64,000 bases of DNA. Origin: a bacterium. Lineage in GTDB: Bacteria > Synergistota > GBS-1. This document shows positions 21,661-31,195 of this stretch, piece after piece. The notes below the pieces were generated by a model. It had not been told where the DNA came from, searched no databases, and was given only the letters and a program-made list of their open reading frames with translations. Each line of letters starts with the position of its first letter. The first letter of the stretch is position 1. The stretch spans positions 86,405 through 150,404 of the forward strand of contig JASKLF010000006.1 of the NCBI GenBank assembly GCA_030153785.1. The letters are read 5' to 3'. The translations under genes were made by a program, and so were the position numbers.

Positions 21661-21750
21661 TGGCGGTGAGGGAGGGATTCGAACCCTCGAGAGGGGCTAC
21701 CTCTACTCGCTTAGCAGGCGAGCGCCTTCGACCTGCTCGGCCACCTCACC
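21661..21750 (-). tRNA. tRNA-Ser(GCT)
   Basis: Anticodon arm CTCGC-CT GCT AA-GCGAG; long variable arm; encoded CCA. Confidence 0.96.
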
Positions 21751-21769
21751 CCTTTAATCACTCGTAAAA

Positions 21770-21798
21770 ATTTTAACAAGCCATAAGAAGATTGTCAA
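21770..21798 (-). promoter_or_regulatory. sigma-70 promoter of the tRNA/tadA/SRP operon
   Basis: TTGACA-17 nt-TAAAAT with a TG extension on the minus strand. Confidence 0.8.
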
Positions 21799-21912
21799 GG
21801 CATAAAGAGACTCCATCGAAATTAAGAGATGATACCTAAAAAGACTTGTTTTATAGACAAAATATGCGATAATCTTGATAAGGGACAAAAGCGAGAGGGG
21901 AGGAGAGAAGAG

Positions 21913-22872
21913 GTGAAAATTCTGGTAGTAGATGACAGTAAGCTTATCAGAACCCTACTCAGAGATATTTTAACAAAAGAGCTGAAGTGCGAAGTTGATG
22001 AAGCTATAGATGGAAAAGAGGCAAGAATCAAAATCGAAGATAACACTTACGATCTTATAATCTTGGACATCTTCCTTCCAGACATCTTAGGAATAAACTT
22101 AATAGACTATTTTACAAGCTTAAAGAAGGATTGGACTCCGATAATAATTATCACTTCTGCCGAAAGCAAGGAATTCCTCAAAGAGGCACTTGAAAGAGGA
22201 GCTACCGATTACATAAAGAAGCCCTTCGACGAAATAGAAATAACTGCAAGAGTTAAAGCGGCTTTAAGAACGAAATGCTTATATAACGAGTTAAAGAGAG
22301 CAAACGAAAGGCTACAAGAAATGGCAATGATGGATGAACTGACGAGAGTTTATAATAGAAGGTATATAATGGCAATCTTAGAAACGGAATTTAAAAGATG
22401 CAAAAGGTACAAATCCCCCCTCTCGATAATAATAGGCGATATAGATCATTTCAAAAACATAAATGATACCTATGGACATTTAGTGGGAGACGAAGTCCTA
22501 AGGGCATGTGCAAGGCTGATTTTAGAAAACATAAGAGAAATAGATATAGCCGGAAGATACGGAGGAGAGGAATTCCTAATAATACTGCCGAGCACTACCT
22601 TAGACGGTGCTGTTATCGTAGCTGAAAGGTTAAGAAATAAGATAAAAGATACTCCCCTTGAAGTCTCAGATAAATTTCCTCCGATAAGCATAAATATGAG
22701 CTTCGGGATCTGCTCGTATCCAGAAAAAAATGTGGAAACGGAAAGGGATATGCTAAAATTAGCAGATGAGGCCCTCTACATATCAAAACAAAGGGGGAGA
22801 AACCAAACCACATTCTATATTAATGGCAGATTCGTGAGCTTGCCTCAGGAGGTAGTAAAAAGTGAAGCTTAA
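21913..22872 (+). CDS. response-regulator diguanylate cyclase (REC-GGDEF)
   Basis: ILVVDD...LDIFLPD...KP receiver domain; GGEEF active site with an RxxD (REID) I-site. Start placed at GTG 21913 (ORF track start 21829). Confidence 0.92.
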   Translation: MKILVVDDSKLIRTLLRDILTKELKCEVDEAIDGKEARIKIEDNTYDLIILDIFLPDILGINLIDYFTSLKKDWTPIIIITSAESKEFLKEALERGATDYIKKPFDEIEITARVKAALRTKCLYNELKRANERLQEMAMMDELTRVYNRRYIMAILETEFKRCKRYKSPLSIIIGDIDHFKNINDTYGHLVGDEVLRACARLILENIREIDIAGRYGGEEFLIILPSTTLDGAVIVAERLRNKIKDTPLEVSDKFPPISINMSFGICSYPEKNVETERDMLKLADEALYISKQRGRNQTTFYINGRFVSLPQEVVKSEA

Positions 22873-23635
22873 AGAAGGAGACCTGGTCTTGCTGTTCACT
22901 AAATCGGGAACTTCTTTCTTAACCAGGATTTCGAAAAGAACGATATCCACTCACCTTGGAGAGTTGAATCTCGAAGATGCCTTAGAAAAGGAATATGGAG
23001 ACTATATAGAAACACATAAAGGAGAAAAGCTATTCCTTATAAAACCCCCTATAGGAGAGTTCGTAAGAAGACTTAAAAGGCAAACTCAAATTATCTTTCC
23101 AAAGGAAGCTGGCTACATTCTTATGTATTTGGATATATTTCCCGGAGCAAAAGTCATAGAATGTGGAACAGGTAGTGGCTCTTTAACTACGATATTAGCC
23201 CAATTTGTTGGGGAAGGTGGAAAGGTTTACTCTTACGAAAGAAGAAAGGAGTTTGCAAATTTAGCGGAAGAAAACCTTAAAAAGTGGGGCGTATCAGACA
23301 GGGTTGAAATAAAGGTAAAGGATATTGAAGAGGGGTTCGACGAAGAAGGCGTCGATGCAGTATTTTTAGATCTTCCAACCCCATGGGACTACATAAAACA
23401 GGTTAAAAGGGCTTTACTTCCTGGCAGACACTTCGGAGCTATTTGCCCCACATTCAATCAAGTAGAAAAACTAGTTGGAACTCTAATAAACGAAAGTTTT
23501 ATCTGGATAAGGGTTTTAGAGCTTCTCATGAGAGAAATACGACCATCGCCTGGGAAAATAAGACCCGAGGATACCATGATAGCTCATACGGGTTTTCTTG
23601 TTTTCGCCACCCTTGTTAAAGACAATGAAGGATAA
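22862..23635 (+). CDS. trmI: tRNA (adenine-58-N1)-methyltransferase
   Basis: RQTQIIFPKE, ECGTGSG, FLDLPTPW, HTGFL. Confidence 0.93.
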   Translation: MKLKEGDLVLLFTKSGTSFLTRISKRTISTHLGELNLEDALEKEYGDYIETHKGEKLFLIKPPIGEFVRRLKRQTQIIFPKEAGYILMYLDIFPGAKVIECGTGSGSLTTILAQFVGEGGKVYSYERRKEFANLAEENLKKWGVSDRVEIKVKDIEEGFDEEGVDAVFLDLPTPWDYIKQVKRALLPGRHFGAICPTFNQVEKLVGTLINESFIWIRVLELLMREIRPSPGKIRPEDTMIAHTGFLVFATLVKDNEG

Positions 23636-24170
23636 AATCCTTCTCCACATATGTTGTGCACCCGATGCAACTTATCCATTTTTGGATCTCTCGAAGAAAT
23701 ACGAAGTTATCGGCTACTTTTACGGTTCCAACATTCATCCTGAGGAGGAATACATAAAGAGGTTGGAAGCACTCAAAAAACTTGCTAATGCTTGGAACTT
23801 TAAGGTTATCATCGAGGAATATAACCCCAAGGATTGGTTCAACGCCATAAAAGGCTTTGAAGGAGAACCGGAAGGCGGAAAAAGGTGTCAGCTATGCTTT
23901 TACATCCAACTTAAAAAATCGGCACAAAAAGCATTAGAAGAAAATATTAAGTCATTTACTACCACGTTAACTATAAGTCCACATAAGAACGTAAGACTTA
24001 TCAATGAACTCGGTCAGAAAATTGCTGAAGAGCTAAAAATTGTTTTCTTAGAAAAGATCTTTAGGAAAAACGACGGGTTTAAAAAGAGCGTAGAATTGAG
24101 CAAAAAGCTTGGCCTCTATAGGCAATCTTATTGCGGATGCATCTTTAGCCTGAGAAGGGAGGAAATATAA
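23625..24170 (+). CDS. queH: epoxyqueuosine reductase
   Basis: LLHICCAPD, NIHP..EY, RCQLC, YRQSYCGCIFS. Start placed at ATG 23625. Confidence 0.92.
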   Translation: MKDKILLHICCAPDATYPFLDLSKKYEVIGYFYGSNIHPEEEYIKRLEALKKLANAWNFKVIIEEYNPKDWFNAIKGFEGEPEGGKRCQLCFYIQLKKSAQKALEENIKSFTTTLTISPHKNVRLINELGQKIAEELKIVFLEKIFRKNDGFKKSVELSKKLGLYRQSYCGCIFSLRREEI

Positions 24171-25127
24171 ATGGAGCTGGGCAAGCTTTCCCCAAAGCTC
24201 ATGGAAAAACTCGTTTTTCCTTATCTCGGTATACATAACCCTCGTTTAGAACTTGGCCCCGCAATTGGAGAAGACGCCGCTGTTATAAACGTCGAGGGAG
24301 AAAGATATCTTGTAGTATCTTCAGACCCAATAGTAGGGGCCGATGAAGAAGCAGGCTTTTACTTGGTCCACATAAACGCAAATGATGTGGCCTCAAAAGG
24401 AGGAGACCCGTCCTTCTTAATAACTACCATTATCCTTCCAGAAAGCTGGGACGAAAGCGCCCTGGAAAGATTAATGAAAGAAATAGACGATGAATGTAAA
24501 AAGCTGGGAATAGCGATAGCCGGCGGACATACGGAAATAACTCGCAAATTCAAACACCCCATTCTTGTCGGAACAATGTTTGGCTTTACTCCAAAGCTTA
24601 TGAAAGCCGAAAACATACGCCCTGGAGACAAAATAATCTTAACCAAAGGGGCAGGTATAGAAGGGACTTCGATATTGGTTAGAGCCTTTTGGAAAGAGCT
24701 TTCTAAAGTCTTCAGTGAAAAAGAGCTTAATGAAGCTTTAGCACTTAAGGAACAAATTTCCATAGTTCCGGAAGCTAAGATATTGAGAAGATGGGCAGTC
24801 TTTATGCACGACCCCACAGAAGGAGGAATTTTAGGTGGGCTTTGTGAATTAAAACTAAGGAGCAATCTCGATGTAAACTTAGAATTTGAAGAAATCCCTG
24901 TACTTCCTATAGTTCAAAAAATTTGTAACTACTTTAAGATAGACCCTCTAAAGCTTATAGGTTCTGGCGCACTTCTGGCGGTGGTACCCGAACACAGCGT
25001 TGAGGATGCATTAGGAGCCCTTTCAAATTACGGAATAGAATCGAAAGTAATCGGCACGTTTACAGAGGAGGCAGGGAATCTCCCTTACTCTGAAGGAGAT
25101 GAGCTGTGGAAACTTTTGAGCTGGTGA
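24171..25127 (+). CDS. AIR synthase-related (PurM/HypE-like) protein
   Basis: GEDAA, SSDPI, NANDVA, GGHTE, MHDPTEGG. Confidence 0.85.
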   Translation: MELGKLSPKLMEKLVFPYLGIHNPRLELGPAIGEDAAVINVEGERYLVVSSDPIVGADEEAGFYLVHINANDVASKGGDPSFLITTIILPESWDESALERLMKEIDDECKKLGIAIAGGHTEITRKFKHPILVGTMFGFTPKLMKAENIRPGDKIILTKGAGIEGTSILVRAFWKELSKVFSEKELNEALALKEQISIVPEAKILRRWAVFMHDPTEGGILGGLCELKLRSNLDVNLEFEEIPVLPIVQKICNYFKIDPLKLIGSGALLAVVPEHSVEDALGALSNYGIESKVIGTFTEEAGNLPYSEGDELWKLLSW

Positions 25128-25609
25128 AGTAAAGAATCTCTATTCTCCAAAGTAACCTCTATTATTCTCACATCCTTTCTTCTCTTTATAACGTCAACCA
25201 CAGGGTGTCTTATTTTGCCCATGGTTGCTAAAACTCTGGATAAATCAAGAGCTTTAAAAAGAACCTCTACAAACTTCTCAGAATAAAGTTCCATCTTGCC
25301 TATCTCATCTATAACTATAAGAGGGGACCCCACATGGATCCCCTCCTCAATTTCCTTAACTGCTGTCTCCTCAAAAGCTTTTAAATCGACCCCATATTTC
25401 CCCACCCTATACATAGAGGATATCCTCTCATGTGCCAATATTATTTCTTTCCCGGAAAAAGTAATAAGCCTGAACCCCCTCCTTCTACCCTTCTCCCTTA
25501 TCTCTTCCGTGATAAATCCTCTAGCTTCTTTTATATTCTCTACAAGCCTTCTAATCAATGTCGTTTTACCAATGCCGGGTACTCCCGTAAGAATAAGATG
25601 TTTCATCAC
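25085..25609 (-). CDS. THEP1-family NTPase
   Basis: TGVPGIGKTT, GFITEE.R, VGKYGV, IDEIGKME. Confidence 0.92.
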   Translation of the reverse strand: MMKHLILTGVPGIGKTTLIRRLVENIKEARGFITEEIREKGRRRGFRLITFSGKEIILAHERISSMYRVGKYGVDLKAFEETAVKEIEEGIHVGSPLIVIDEIGKMELYSEKFVEVLFKALDLSRVLATMGKIRHPVVDVIKRRKDVRIIEVTLENRDSLLHQLKSFHSSSPSE

Positions 25610-26637
25610 ATACTAGTTATTTTACGTGAAAGAGAAATTAAATCAGAAAAGAGAGCATATCCAGCTTCCCTTCCTCCCGCGCCTCTACCCACTATGGTAA
25701 CGTCTCCTATAGTATCTGTTGAAAAGGTTATGGCATTTAGCGTTCCCAAAATATTAGCCAACGGATCGCTCAAAGGAACCTCTTCAGGAGCAACTCGAAC
25801 CTTTACTACACCGTTTTCCTTATAGCCAGTGGCTATTAACTTATACCTTTTTCCATTAGAGAGTGCTGCCCTTAAATCCTCAACCTTAAGGCCCGTTATA
25901 CCTTTACATTCCATATCGTTAAACCCTAAGCTTGCTCCCATTATCACATTTGCTAATATTAAAGCCTTTGCTCCGGCATCTAATCCTTCAATATCCATTG
26001 TAGGATCAGCTTCAGCATATCCTAAGCGTTGTGCTTCTTTGAGAGCCTCCTCAAAGGAAAGCCCTTCTTCCATCTTCGTCAAGATATAGTTCGTCGTCCC
26101 ATTAAGTATCCCTCTAAAGGAAACTATTTCGCTTCCTGGTAAACACTCCCTAACCAAATTAAAAACAGGCGTCCCAGAAAGAACCACTCCCTCAAATCGG
26201 AATTCGACACCATTTGTCTCCGCAAGTCTTTGTAACTCCTTAAGATACAACAGCACAGGGCCTTTATTGGTGGTTATAACATGTCTTTTCGCAGAAAGTG
26301 CCTCCTTGATATGGGTATAGGCAGGCTCTCCCGTCTTTAGATCAGTCCAGGTTGCTTCAAGAACAACATTTGCGTTAGTTTTCGTTATTGTAGAGATAGG
26401 ATCTAAACCAGTAAGACCACCCGGGTAAGAAGATATTTCTGACTTAGAAGCAAGTTCAAGGATCTTAGAAATATTCAATCCATCAGGGTCATACGCAGAT
26501 CCTCTAAGCTTATCACAAACAGCGACCACATTAATCTTTAATCCTTGAGCTTCTAACTCCTTTCTCTTTTCAAGAACTAAACTAAGAAAACCCTGTCCCA
26601 CATTTCCGCAACCTATAAGAGCCACATTAACTCCCAC
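25606..26637 (-). CDS. hom: homoserine dehydrogenase (short form, no ACT domain)
   Basis: GCGNVG, TTNKGP, GILNGTTN, GYAEADP, GRGAG. Start placed at GTG 26637. Confidence 0.93.
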   Translation of the reverse strand: MGVNVALIGCGNVGQGFLSLVLEKRKELEAQGLKINVVAVCDKLRGSAYDPDGLNISKILELASKSEISSYPGGLTGLDPISTITKTNANVVLEATWTDLKTGEPAYTHIKEALSAKRHVITTNKGPVLLYLKELQRLAETNGVEFRFEGVVLSGTPVFNLVRECLPGSEIVSFRGILNGTTNYILTKMEEGLSFEEALKEAQRLGYAEADPTMDIEGLDAGAKALILANVIMGASLGFNDMECKGITGLKVEDLRAALSNGKRYKLIATGYKENGVVKVRVAPEEVPLSDPLANILGTLNAITFSTDTIGDVTIVGRGAGGREAGYALFSDLISLSRKITSM

Positions 26638-26660
26638 AATATCACCCCCAAACAAATTCT

Positions 26661-27794
26661 TTACAATCCTGTTAGCCTCTCCTTCAGGAAATCATACCAG
26701 TTTTGAGCATCGTTTACTATAGCGAAGCCTCCGTAAGTTTCTTCTTTCCCTGAAAGAGAAGATATATAAGCAGAAATCCCTCGTGAAGAAGAAAACACAC
26801 CATCGTCAGCATGCCACTCAGAGAGAACAGCATCCTTAATAGAGCTCTTAAGGCCCTCAATGGCATTATTAGCTTCCTCCGAAAGTTTAAGATCTTTCAG
26901 CTTCTCGCAAAAATCATAAAGATCTCTGAAATTAAGAGGCTCCCCAGCGTTAATAAAATAGGATTGCGTTTGAGCTATCACACCCCAAAGAGAGAAAGAA
27001 TCTTGATAATCAATAAGCTCCTTTCCTAAAGCATCCAGATAGCTCAAAAGGGTGGGTAGCTTAGCCATGGATATTAAAGAGATGGCAACATCATTCCTGT
27101 TGCTATATAACTCTTTAAAGTTGCTGATAAAGCTCTTACCTACGTCAATCGCACCCATAGAGGGATTTCCCACCAATTTTTGAAATACCTTTTCATAATC
27201 AAAACCATCATCAGGCATGACTCCCTGAAGAGCGACGATGAAAGATACTTCATTTTTAACCTCATCGAAAAGCTCGATCTCGGCCTTTGCAGAAGAGTCT
27301 AAAACAAGCAGATCTATAGCAGAGCTGAACGAAGAAAATACCTTAAGGAGGGCATCCCACTCCACTAAACCACTCCATATATCAGGGTGATCCCTTTCCC
27401 AAAGGATTAACATATATTTTTCAGCCGAATAGTTTTCAATACACCAATTTACAAAAGAAAGCAACGTCTCTGGAGAAGTGGGAGAAGCTTGTGGTAGAGT
27501 CTCTAATAACTCCAAATTACCTTCTCCAACAAAATAGCGAACCATGCCCTCACCAGTGACGGAACACCTCTGCAACAGAATATTAACATGCTTTGAAGAA
27601 CCAACCCTCCTCATCTCATAAACGTCTATTCCCGCGAGCTCTCTCGATATGGAGTTTGAATCATTCATGAAAACTATTATCGTCCACTTAGGCAAACTTT
27701 CACCAGAATTTCCACCTCCTCCATCTCCACATCCATAGAGAGATAAAACTGCTACCCAAAAGCTTAAAAATAAAACCAAACATTTCCTCCTCAT
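26661..27794 (-). CDS. clostripain-like (C11) lipoprotein with degenerate active site
   Basis: Lipoprotein signal MRRK...LYG-C followed by a Gly-rich linker; C11 motifs KWTIIVFM, LLSFVNWCIENYSAEKYMLILW and DLYDF. The catalytic DAC is replaced by DSS. Start placed at ATG 27794. Confidence 0.75.
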   Translation of the reverse strand: MRRKCLVLFLSFWVAVLSLYGCGDGGGGNSGESLPKWTIIVFMNDSNSISRELAGIDVYEMRRVGSSKHVNILLQRCSVTGEGMVRYFVGEGNLELLETLPQASPTSPETLLSFVNWCIENYSAEKYMLILWERDHPDIWSGLVEWDALLKVFSSFSSAIDLLVLDSSAKAEIELFDEVKNEVSFIVALQGVMPDDGFDYEKVFQKLVGNPSMGAIDVGKSFISNFKELYSNRNDVAISLISMAKLPTLLSYLDALGKELIDYQDSFSLWGVIAQTQSYFINAGEPLNFRDLYDFCEKLKDLKLSEEANNAIEGLKSSIKDAVLSEWHADDGVFSSSRGISAYISSLSGKEETYGGFAIVNDAQNWYDFLKERLTGL

Positions 27795-29713
27795 CGTCTT
27801 CTCACTCCCCAGATAAATATCCAACCAAAAGGTAACAAGGAAAGGATATTCAAAGCCTTTCCCTGCCCCAGGGAACACCCTGATGAAGCCACAAACTCAC
27901 TATCATTGTCATCATCACTTCCACCTTCAGCAAGCCTAAGTCCATAGTACATGGAGGGTTCAAACCTAGCGGGAATATAAATAGTCGGGATCTGTTCATC
28001 GTTTCCCATCGAAAGGAGATATGGATACTCTCCTACAAAAGAAAAACTGTTACCATCGTAAATCTGCAGGTAGTAGCCTACTACCGAACCTGGTTTAAAA
28101 GAAAACCGCTCAAAAGGGACTTTTAGTTCTACCTCAAGAAAACCATCATCACCTATACCACCTTTAGCCACTATCTCAGGGCAATAAACCGAGTCTAGGA
28201 AACAAACCTTGTACTCCGAGTGATCATACCACATGGGATAAAAGTAAGCTACCCAACGGCTTCCATCATAGACAATCCTGAGCATTCCTTCGCTATCGCC
28301 TCTATCAGTAGGGAAAGCAGAATTCCCATCAGAATCAATATAAAGGATTATGGAATCCCCAATACCCAAAGCGGTGTCACTATAAACCTTAACAGCTAAG
28401 TAGAGAGAATTACCATCATTTTTAAAGTAAGCTTTAAAGGGTGAGGCCTCCGAAGGTGGAATAGAAACAGCTCCGCTTATTTCCTCGTCCGTAATAGAAC
28501 CATTTACATCCAAACTACCACTTTTTACATTCAAGACTTCTCGCGTTTCATCAAGATATGCCCTTATGAATTCCCCCCACCCTGTTGTAAGGGAAAAATC
28601 ATGCCTGCTATCCTCATAAAACCTGTCATAGGCTCCCTTGCCTCTCTCTGGAAAATATACGCTTAATCCATGTGCATCACTCAGAAGCGAATAATTTTCG
28701 ATAACAGCATTTTTTATGGCCTCACATAAAGAAAAAGCAAGCTCCGTTGAAGAACCTTTTATTCCCGCCAAGTAAGAGGCAAAAGAATAAAGATCTATTA
28801 TGGAGGGATCATAAAACTCTTGCGCCATAGCTCTCGCAACCCTTGCAAGAGAACTATCGTCTCGTAAGGCAGAGGATAGCTCCCTAAGCAAAGAGGCAAC
28901 ATCATCCATTCTTTTAAGGTCAATAAGGGAAAGTGTGCTTCCCTCAGTTTCCTTGTAACTTTCAATTATCATTCTACCCAAATCTATCGGTGAAACATCT
29001 ACTCCCTCAATCAATGTAGAAATCAAGTCCTCCAGAAATAAGTCGTATCGCCACCCTTCACCAGGAACCACATCCTCAGAGGCAACCATAAAGGAAGCAT
29101 AATCCTTAAGCTCATAAGCTACTTCTACCATCCCCATAAGACAAGCATCGAAACCAATCAAATCTATCTCATAACCGTTTTCTTTCAAAATCCTTAAAGC
29201 CGTTTGAACTTCGTCCATATAAAGATAATCCCCACTCGTCTCGTCATACCCTGCAACCTTCCATGGTTCATAAACCCTATTTTCATTTTCTCTCCATCCA
29301 TCACCGTGGTCCCATATTATAAGTGCATAATGCTGAGCAGGATAATTATCAACCGCCCAAGAAACGAAATCTACTAAAGCATCCGCCCTTCCCATATTCA
29401 CCTCACCGAGATTGCTAACAGCATTATCCGAATAAGGAGCCATAAGATAGGATAGAACAAAGCGCAAAGTCCCAGACCAATTATCGCAGACCCCCTCAAC
29501 AGCGCCAACATATCCTGGAGACCTATCAAGCTGAACAACTACATTAACAAGATCACCGTTCAAGGGTGCCGAAACCATCTCCACAAAATCCGATATAGCC
29601 GCTTCCTCAAGGTTATTATCACCATTCATAAAAATCATTATTGTCCAAGAAGAAGCAAAAGCTGAAGAGAAAGAAACAAATACCAAGAGAAGAACTAGAA
29701 AAGAGACCCTCAA
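27791..29713 (-). CDS. clostripain-family (C11) cysteine peptidase with C-terminal beta-sandwich and GC-CTERM anchor
   Basis: Signal peptide (AFA), WTIMIFMNGDNNLE, catalytic WDHGDGW and FDACLMG; ends SSGCSLG-TM-RRR. Confidence 0.9.
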   Translation of the reverse strand: MRVSFLVLLLVFVSFSSAFASSWTIMIFMNGDNNLEEAAISDFVEMVSAPLNGDLVNVVVQLDRSPGYVGAVEGVCDNWSGTLRFVLSYLMAPYSDNAVSNLGEVNMGRADALVDFVSWAVDNYPAQHYALIIWDHGDGWRENENRVYEPWKVAGYDETSGDYLYMDEVQTALRILKENGYEIDLIGFDACLMGMVEVAYELKDYASFMVASEDVVPGEGWRYDLFLEDLISTLIEGVDVSPIDLGRMIIESYKETEGSTLSLIDLKRMDDVASLLRELSSALRDDSSLARVARAMAQEFYDPSIIDLYSFASYLAGIKGSSTELAFSLCEAIKNAVIENYSLLSDAHGLSVYFPERGKGAYDRFYEDSRHDFSLTTGWGEFIRAYLDETREVLNVKSGSLDVNGSITDEEISGAVSIPPSEASPFKAYFKNDGNSLYLAVKVYSDTALGIGDSIILYIDSDGNSAFPTDRGDSEGMLRIVYDGSRWVAYFYPMWYDHSEYKVCFLDSVYCPEIVAKGGIGDDGFLEVELKVPFERFSFKPGSVVGYYLQIYDGNSFSFVGEYPYLLSMGNDEQIPTIYIPARFEPSMYYGLRLAEGGSDDDNDSEFVASSGCSLGQGKALNILSLLPFGWIFIWGVRRR

Positions 29714-30459
29714 CCATGCTCCCTCCTTCTAAGAAAACCCCACAAAAGTCCCACGAAAACAGGAAGAGCAAAGAAAATGTCGAAACTACCGCTATTCCCC
29801 ATAGAACAACCTGCACTAAGATAAAGCTCTCCTTCAGCGGAATCTGTTTTAACCTGGATTTCGTTTGAAGAAGCTCGCCCCGCATCATTAAAGGCTAAAA
29901 CCCTATAAGTATATTTCGTATTTTCGGAAAGTCCGCTATCTACATAAAATTCCGCATTTGGAGGAAGAACACTAACCTCAATCCAGTTCTTGCCTTCTTT
30001 TCTCTCGACGATGAAGCCATCTTCATTATCGGAAGCATCTTCCCATTCAAGCTCTATCTCTGAAGAAGAAATAGCCTCTCCCCTCAGATCATTTGGGGGG
30101 CTCGGGTAGCCCAGTGTGGTTACAAAAGAAGGAAGTTCACAATAAGAGGTAAAATAATTTCCTTGATAAGCCTTAACCCTGTAAAGATAGCTTCCACCTG
30201 GTGTAAGATTCTCGTCATTATATACATTCAAATCTGGTGGAAGTATTGCTATTTGAACCCAACTTTCGCCGATGCTTCTCCTCTCTAATATAAAACCGTC
30301 CTCATCTATAGAGTTATCCCACCAAGTCAACCTGATATGTGTAGGAGAAACTATTTGAGCTTCCAAGTTCGATGGTGGTAGCGGAAGAGAAAAAGCCGAA
30401 AGGGAAGATATTAAAATAAAAAATAAAGCCAGGATAACGACTCCTTTAATTCCCCCCAT
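29710..30459 (-). CDS. secreted 2x fibronectin type III protein with GC-CTERM anchor
   Basis: Signal peptide, two FN3 repeats (L.W.D.S..EDGF..ER...Y.YRV.A); ends SAGCSMG-TM-RRR. Confidence 0.88.
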   Translation of the reverse strand: MGGIKGVVILALFFILISSLSAFSLPLPPSNLEAQIVSPTHIRLTWWDNSIDEDGFILERRSIGESWVQIAILPPDLNVYNDENLTPGGSYLYRVKAYQGNYFTSYCELPSFVTTLGYPSPPNDLRGEAISSSEIELEWEDASDNEDGFIVERKEGKNWIEVSVLPPNAEFYVDSGLSENTKYTYRVLAFNDAGRASSNEIQVKTDSAEGELYLSAGCSMGNSGSFDIFFALPVFVGLLWGFLRRREHG

Positions 30460-31069
30460 CCTTACTCCTCCTCAATTGTTTCAAAAGGTAAATAGCCACC
30501 TTATCCTCCTTATCCAATTCTAAAGCTCTCTCGAGATACCACTCAGCTTTCTCACGCAAACCCAGCTCTAAAGCAACTCTTCCAGCCCAAAGAAAAGCCT
30601 TTTGAAAAGATGGGTTTAAAGCGCAAGATTTTTCATAAAGAGTCAAAGCCTTCCTCTTCTCCCCTCTTGAATAAAATAAATAGGCCCTCTCGTATAGCTC
30701 AAACGGTTCCTTCCCCTGCTCTATAACTCCCTGGCAAACCTTGATAAAATATTGAGCCACTTTGTTACCTGGTTGAACCTCTGCCAACCTTTTCCACATG
30801 CTTAAAGCTTCACGATACAGACCCAATTCCTGGTACAGCCTTGCCAACCAATAAAGCGCTTTAGCATGATTGGGGTCTCTCTCCAGCACTATATTATAAA
30901 ATCTCACTGCCATGTCATAGAATCCTTCCTGGTAGTAATTGTACGCCCCCTCAAAATACCTTTCTGTAACCATTTTTTCCATATCTTCTTCAGTTACTTC
31001 AGCTAAAGCAAAAGCAGGTAAAGCAACTACTATCATCCCCACTAACCAAAACAAAAGCTTTTTCCTCAT
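30446..31069 (-). CDS. secreted tetratricopeptide repeat protein
   Basis: Signal peptide (ALA) and multiple TPR-like helices. Start placed at ATG 31069 after GGAGG. Confidence 0.85.
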   Translation of the reverse strand: MRKKLLFWLVGMIVVALPAFALAEVTEEDMEKMVTERYFEGAYNYYQEGFYDMAVRFYNIVLERDPNHAKALYWLARLYQELGLYREALSMWKRLAEVQPGNKVAQYFIKVCQGVIEQGKEPFELYERAYLFYSRGEKRKALTLYEKSCALNPSFQKAFLWAGRVALELGLREKAEWYLERALELDKEDKVAIYLLKQLRRSKDGGN

Positions 31070-31195
31070 TTTTTCCTCCCCCATAAGAAAATTATAACAC
31101 AAAGCTTTTTCTAAAAAATTATCTACCTCATACTTGATTTTGCCATAGGGTTAGTTTTATAATTTTAGGGAACTTTATAAGTAAGGGGTGAAAAA

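Noticed and set aside
24171..25127. hypE, thiL or selD assignment
   Set aside because: There is no C-terminal PRIC Cys of HypE and no N-terminal Cys/Sec motif of SelD; left as AIR synthase-related.
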